From the NCBI GenBank assembly GCA_043228905.1, contig JBHGNT010000003.1, forward strand, positions 20,708,001 through 20,772,000: a stretch of DNA of 64,000 nucleotides, in the 5' to 3' direction. Shown piece by piece: positions 57,301-64,000 of this stretch (position 1 is its first letter; every line of letters starts with the position of its first letter). Position numbers and translations under genes: made by a program. This stretch comes from Azolla caroliniana (taxonomy: Eukaryota; Plantae; Polypodiophyta). The notes beneath the pieces are model-generated. The model was not told the origin of the DNA, did no database searches, and saw only the letters and a list, made by a program, of their open reading frames with translations.

Positions 57301-60300
57301 ACAAGTTCATTCTTTTGTTGCTCTAGATCTGGTCGTTCTCCTGCTACAACTATACCTAGAAGCTGATCAGACAATCCCTCCTTCGTAATCATGAAGTTTA
57401 ATAGCGTAACTTTAACAGATGTTTCTGGAAGATAATGAGGATTTCTCAATTTTGTGGTTATATAGAATCGAAAATCATTGTTGTACTCAATGGTTGCATC
57501 TCCAAGTCTTATGCACATCATACCCGCTGACTTAAATACCTGATTGCATAATACAGGTCTAGTTTCTATAATCAGTATAAAACATTTTTATTCTGGAGTA
57601 TAAACAGATAAAGTATTACTTTAGATAGCATGTAGTGCACATCAGACAGGACCTACAGGATCTAGGGACCAACATGTGATTGCAAGCATAAGAAAACTAT
57701 ATTAATGTCTTCTACGACTCCAAAATGGCCTATAAGACCAAACAAGAGATTACATATTATAATGTTTCCTCATCTTTGAGAACAACAAACCAAAGAGGCA
57801 GTGGAAGAATCATCAAATTTCATAGTATTTTAATTGTGCAGCTTTATAGGCAATGCTGTATGTAATAATGGGCATATCCTCTGCCTCAGGAGGTATACCC
57901 TTATACTCCTATCTATATCTCCAACTAATGTGATGAGATGTGGATTTGCCAAATGGTGCGTCTAAATCCAGGAGAATGAGTGATTTTCATATTTCCATGT
58001 AGTATAAATCCATTCTCAGTGCTGTGAAGAAAATGGTCTAAATAGAAGACCAGCATCATCCCTAACTCTTGCATATGTTTGAGCCAAGCACACCTACTCT
58101 TTAGCTGAGTGAGACCTAGCCCAATGATTTTACTAATCTCTGGGAGAGTTAGTGTAACAGATGGTGCATCCTAGGAGTGTTGGGATGGAGGAAATTTGTC
58201 TAAGCTGAAACCATGGACGTCAAATGAAGAGCCATTTGGGCTTACCACCATCAAGTACTAACTTCTATGGCTGTATCATTTAAAGGAATCCCAAACCAAT
58301 TAGGCATATCTATGTCGAGGAACCTCTAACATACTATGAGGAAAGGACATTGACCAGAGCAGAGCTTCAAAGTGCAGCCATCTCAGTTTAACAGATCTTT
58401 TCCTTAAATCATTCTTGAGATCTTTCCATCGACCTCCACCCATTAGAGATGCCTCCAATCTGCAATGATAGACCAGACCAGGCCCCCAATTCTGCACTTA
58501 TATGTGACGTGAGTATCAAATAGCCACACTTTAATACTTCACTTTTGTAACCAAGCCTGTGGATACATCCTTTTTAGTCCCGTTGCTGCATACCCCCTAG
58601 TAAATTGATCTGGTGCAGCCGTTCTCATGGAGAAGATAGGTCCTGTGAACACTACACCAAGGTACATGTATGGATCTATACAATCCACCATCTTGTCCAT
58701 ACATGATATCAGGTGGGCATTCTCATCCACTGAAATATAGTATTAAACACCAAGGCTTCAGTTTTTCCCCAAGGTTCACTGAGAGCCTACTATCTTATGA
58801 AAAGGAATCTGCTATATGCACAAGGGTCTTGATAAGCCCTTTGGAGAATCTGTTATAGGCATAAAATGTAGAGTATCCAAGTTTCTCCATAAGCCCTCTG
58901 GACAATCTGCCATAAGCACAAAATCATCTGCTTATAACACAATAAGTGTCTCAGAAAGAAGAAAGAAAGAAAGATATATTAACGTCTTTTAAGAGGCCAA
59001 AATGGCCTATAAGACCAAATAAGAGATTACATCTTAAGTGTTGTCTCATCTTGAGAACAAATCAAAATAAAATAAATATTACACAGTAAATATAAAAGTA
59101 AATAACATGAAAGGAAAATTAATGAGGGAATCTGATTTTTGGCACATGTGAGATCCTCAAATTAGGTATATTGTAGCTTTTGTCTTCGAAAGATCTCTAG
59201 CATAGGTCGATCCAGAATGGAAATGTCTCCGAAGCGAGGGAAGCACCTACGATTGCGGGAGATAATGGCTTTTATCTGTCAGAGAGAACCACCTCCTGCT
59301 TTCTGCCTGTTCCTCATATCTAAGATCCACATGCTCTGTCCATCTTCTCAATTCATACTCAAGTATAGATCCAGACAACTTGGCCAATGAATGGCCAATC
59401 ATGATACTGCAATAGTTAGTTGTAGACAGCATCTCTTAATTTAAGGAAATGGGCCACAATCATATGCAAGTTGCAAGAAGACCCTCACTTATTGCTCTAT
59501 TCAACATGAGGGACAGTAGGTTTGCAATAATGTCTTGGGAGCATAAAAATCTTCTACAACGTACATCATCATGATCTAGTGCCCTTTCTATCTGCAGTTG
59601 GATAGAGGTGGGTGCCCATTGCCAGGATTGTTTTTGGGGAGGAAAGTTGGCAGACACAATCTTACACATATCTAGGAGAAACATTCACAAATCCTCGGTT
59701 CTCCCTATGGGGAAGTGCCTGAGCTCAACTTTCACGTGCCTATGGAATCCTTGGTGTTATTGGAAGACAATGTGCACATACACAATTGCAAGAACCAAAA
59801 ACTAATTTGTGGTTGTTTGATACACTCTCACATAAGGAGCTAGACATTGGTTTCCCATGATATAATCCAGCAGATATGGCCCTACAGTGACCAAGAATTT
59901 TCTGATCAATAGCTGGTATCCAATGGATTTGGGAACTCCCAACCCAAAGGTAGTCAAGGTTGGCACTGATGACATCAAAACAGCTGACTAACCATGGAGA
60001 TAATTGTTGTTGGTATCTGAAATGCAAGAATGGTCACATGACATTGATATAAATGAGACACCATTTTAAAGCTGCAATCTCCTGCTTGGTCTTATAGGTC
60101 AATTTGGCCTATTAACAGACATTAATATAGCTTTCTTTCTCTTTCCATCTTCTTTTTCACATGCTTCATGTTGTATTATAATTGATTTGCTAGATTTCAT
60201 TACAAAAAATAGCAGCTTTATCAAACCTGCCGCAAGAGTAAAGGCTCGAGGGATGGGTCGAGCTCTTCTCCAACATTTTCTAATAGAACAGGCAATCCAA

Positions 60301-63300
60301 ATTGAATAGCATTTTCTAAGGTTCGCATGTATTCGCTTCCTCCAGAAAGCTTGATTATTTGCAAATTTCTTGAACGTTCCATATTTCGAATCCACTTGTT
60401 TGCCTGGCCCTGTTTAAAGATGCATAGGATACATCAGAAAGTGAATGAAAGTTCAATTTTAGTCAATATACAGCATCTCTGCAAAATAAATATGAATCGC
60501 AACTGAGGTAGAATAAATATAAATTGTAAAAGAGGTATTAATGTTATGTGGTACCTCAGGGTCTATCAATAATGGCCACCTACGGGAATTAGCCACAATA
60601 ATTGCATTATCGGTTGAGAAGGAATCATTGGGAAGACCTGAAATAATCCAATCTCGAATCTGAACAGGATTGCCCAAAAGACCCTTCAATGAAAAGGTTG
60701 GAGAACGTGGTAGGTTTTCAGATCTACAGAATCCCATCCATATTTCAATTATCTCCTGCCGGAAACTGCCAAATAATGGCTAAGATAAGATTTTCATTCA
60801 GTAATTTAGAAGATGTTACAACACAGGATATTGAAACAAAATATTCCCTCACGTTTTGGAGAACATTTAATCTATGGCCATTATATTCTTCTATTAGTTC
60901 TTCCTATATAACACTTTATTTAAATTCAAGGAGTCGTGATGCTTGAGGCAGATATCCACTGAATCTCCCTTGAAAGCATTTGCCCACAATTAGGATTTCA
61001 ACTTGGTTTTCACATAAGCACTCATCTTTCTTAAGGACTTTTGTGAGATTTATCATTACACCATGGCTAAAAGGATCTATTACTGTTCCATGTGCAAAAA
61101 CATAAACAAACTATCAACCATACTTAACAGAACAGGATGGGTCATTCATACATCTTGTACCTTAAGCAGGTCTATTAATTTACTCATACATATTCAATTT
61201 GGTTAGCTATCCTCCAAGATGATGCAAGATTTTCAAATGTGATCTTTTGCTCAGTCTAAGAGAACAGGATTGCTGAATGGTATAGGTGATACTACACTGC
61301 CTTGCTCTAAATATGTTCATAATTGGAGATGTAAAAAATCAGTATAATCGCTGATCAGCGGAACATGTAATATGGACATGATATTGTGATCTATTGCACT
61401 GTAATGTTGCTTCTATCTGAGAGAAAAAAGGACCAAACGCACATTGAAACCAAAGGCGGAGCCAATAAGTTTTTTCATGTAATAGATACATTTATTCTCA
61501 GGGAAGGAAGTTTTCTGCAAAGGCCTAAAACATCACAATTGCATAATCAATCGAGAACAGAAACCTTGCTGGAAATGCTCCAAGGTACGCTATAATTCCA
61601 GACGCAATGAGCACATCGCCTATGAGATTTCCATATTGGTTTCCTAAATCTACTGCTGCAGCCATCCATCGCGTTCTCTCTCCACCAAGGCCTCCAATAA
61701 GCTGCTCAGCTCTCTCCAGCTTTATAGTGCACATTTTCACATCATGCTGAGACCCACATCAAACCCAGATTTCATGTTAGTGTAAGATTGACAAGCCCTT
61801 TGTGGTTTTTGCATGCCACTGATTTGGATTATATATATACCTGAAGATTCTCCTTTTTCAACATTATTGACTCAAGCTCCTCTTCCAATGTTGCCAGTTT
61901 GTCAAGAATAATTTTTAAGTCTGCCTGCTTTGCTCTCAGACCTTCCATGACTTCCTGATACTTGTTCTCTGCAGCTTTGAGTTTCTGTCGTTTTGGAGCA
62001 ACAAATTTAGCAACAACATCATATTTATCCATGGCAATAATCCACTTGCATAAACCTTCGGCAGCAGCAGATGCATTTGCTGCTCTTTCTGGGGTAAAAT
62101 CAGCATTACTGATGTAGTGCTGTCGTATTTTTGCCATGACCTTTGTATCGATATTATCTTTATCAAAATCTTTTAAGTTTTGAAGGAAGTCTCGATTATT
62201 CAGTAATGTGACTGAGGGTTTCCAGTAGTCTAGCATGAAACCACCTTTACCATCAGGTTGTTTTGCTGGCTTTACATCAAGAACAACACAGACTGCCTCC
62301 ATTACTAGTTTTACTGCTGCAGGAGGGTTTGACAGCTTCTTTACGTAGTTAATATCATTTGCTGAAAGCGTATCTAGGGCTGCTAATGCTTCTTCAAGGA
62401 CCGGCATAGCACTTGCTAGTGCAGCTTCACATTCATCTCTGATAACTTTTGCTTCAGCTGCCTGTTTAGATGCTTCTGCCTCATCTCGCTGTACAATGGC
62501 CTTTTTGGGTTCGACTACCTCCTTCTTTTCCCTTTCTACTTTGATCATAAGTTTTTCTACTTCTTCAACCTAGACATTATATTTGATGAGAGGTTACTAA
62601 TAATAATGAAATCCAATGCATGAGGTACACATTAGACAAACAATAAGCAAGAAGAGAATGTAAAACCTGGCATCACTTATGCATTGCACCACAGGTAAGA
62701 AGCCTCAATGAGAGGTTAAAACCTCCCAAAATCTGATAGCAAGAAAATCCTATGCAGATCACAATATCTGTCTTATTCTTAGAAGAATGTTTAGAGAAGA
62801 AAGCATGTATATGCTCATACGGATCTTTTGAGACATCTTTCTATTGATTTTCACCAGAATAATCACAACTATATTTGGTGTTTATTGTGGGCCACGCCTT
62901 GTGCATAGAGGTGGAGGTATCTCCCCCATACTCAGAGTGGCTGCCTGATGCTCAACTCACACCCTGACACCCATGCACAAGAAGGTGAATTATGCCATCT
63001 CACGGGAAAAAAATGATGTTACTTTGGCATCCCATATATCTTCATAATCATAAAGAATAATACATAATATTTCCTTGACTCGTCTCCCATTAGAACGTAA
63101 GTAATAAATGCTCATTGAGAACCCAAGATATTAAATTTATTTGACACAAAACTGAAAGATCAAAGCAAGATACATCTATAAAATAGAATGTAAAAGCAAT
63201 GATAAAAAATAAGTTATATTTTCCTAGCATTGCAATTGTTTCCTCATCAGCATGTGAATTTTTTAAACTTTTTTGTTTAAGGCCTACCTTGTCCTCAGCA

Positions 63301-64000
63301 GCATGTGCATTAAGGCTTTTGTTTAAGATGGTAAAAGTAAAAGAAATCCACACCTTGGTTATATAAAAAGAACATAAAAAATGTCTTATGTTAAATTTCC
63401 TCACAACTCTTTATCTAGGATGCATAGTATACCGTAATGAGCAGTTTTGGTTTGAGCTCAGTCAGTTCTTGTTGCATCACAGCCACCTGCTCAGCACTAG
63501 AGCTTAGTTTTTCCAAGCCAACTTCATATCCCCGCTTTTGTTTGAGTTTTTCCTCTTGTTTAGCAATTAAAAGTGCCTGAAATCAAGTAGTGTCAGCAAG
63601 AAAACTTGGTATAATCTCTCACATACGAGATGCTCCTAAAGCATAACATATAGACAGTATAATATAACCTGAAAAGTCGATAAAAGCTCAAGATAAGAAG
63701 TTGGCGTCACATAATTGAACCGTCCCATCTTAACTTTCAGCTCATTGGAATAAAAATGCACTCTTTCATGAAAGGCCTGTAATAAAAAAGTAAAAACCAA
63801 AATTTAATAAAAAGTACTAGGAGAATCTACAATTATAGTAACTACTGATTCAATATTGAATCCATTCTGTCAAAGGTGTCACCACTTGATGATTGAGATA
63901 TTCTTTTACCTTGCATATGCGCACAATGCTCATTCTTATGCTGTCTTCCAAGGAAATCTCCTTCAAAAATTTGTACGCAACTGCCTCTAAAGCATCCTCT
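51320..64000 (-). CDS. Axonemal inner-arm dynein heavy chain (DNAH3/7/12-like), 3' portion; runs off the window
   Basis: Exons: >64000-63910, 63776-63669, 63576-63433, 62569-61841, 61746-61565, 60765-60555, 60409-60227, 57539-57294, 57104-56955, 56760-55974, 55831-55736, 55430-55276, 55168-54930, 54814-54708, 54621-54168, 54063-53964, 51898-51320. Stalk/MTBD, AAA5 [18 protein letters not shown]6 [21 protein letters not shown]-terminus [21 protein letters not shown]. Confidence 0.95.
57690..60140. mobile_element. Cluster of decayed RTE-like LINE fragments in a dynein intron
   Basis: [11 protein letters not shown] (58539-58730) and LNRAISEGL (59460-59684); three copies of a shared end AAAATGGCCTATAAGACCAAA.AAGAGATTACA at ~57720, ~59000 and inverted at ~60075-60105, next to TTTC-rich tails. 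Confidence 0.7.

Overview
Eukaryotic plant nuclear DNA from a lineage with flagellated sperm, most plausibly a fern (inferred from an axonemal dynein, compact introns and the retroelement types). Four host genes are present: an intronless-CDS plastid-type DGAT3 (2445-4073, +) behind a dense ABRE/G-box cluster; a 10-exon plastid omega-6 desaturase FAD6 (14667-9995, -); a 5-exon RING-FYVE-SYLF gene (44899-48699, +); and the 3' part of an inner-arm axonemal dynein heavy chain (>64000-51320, -). Between FAD6 and the FYVE gene are a decayed L1 LINE and a 20.3-kb LTR nest with every junction resolvable. A chromovirus (21028-41365, TSD GACCT) carries a tRNA-Trp-primed non-chromoviral Gypsy (21828-34262, 4-bp TSD ACGC), which carries a young Copia (27574-32966, TSD TTCTC). 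The chromovirus gag is also split by a 959-bp solo-LTR-like insert (36005-36963, 4-bp TSD GCGT). Best leads: (1) the two 4-bp-TSD insertions share termini and a CpG-centred target, the solo LTR holds four tRNA-like A/B-box modules, and the full element has a GGAUUUU-UAG -1 frameshift plus candidate pseudoknot between protease and RT; (2) a sense-strand (G)CCATA motif clustered next to AG acceptors in both DGAT3 UTRs, with a perfect cryptic donor inside the [2Fe-2S] domain; (3) a RING fused to a CFS1-like FYVE-SYLF protein through a GC-AG intron. All calls, coordinates and counts were made by eye; no database searches were run.
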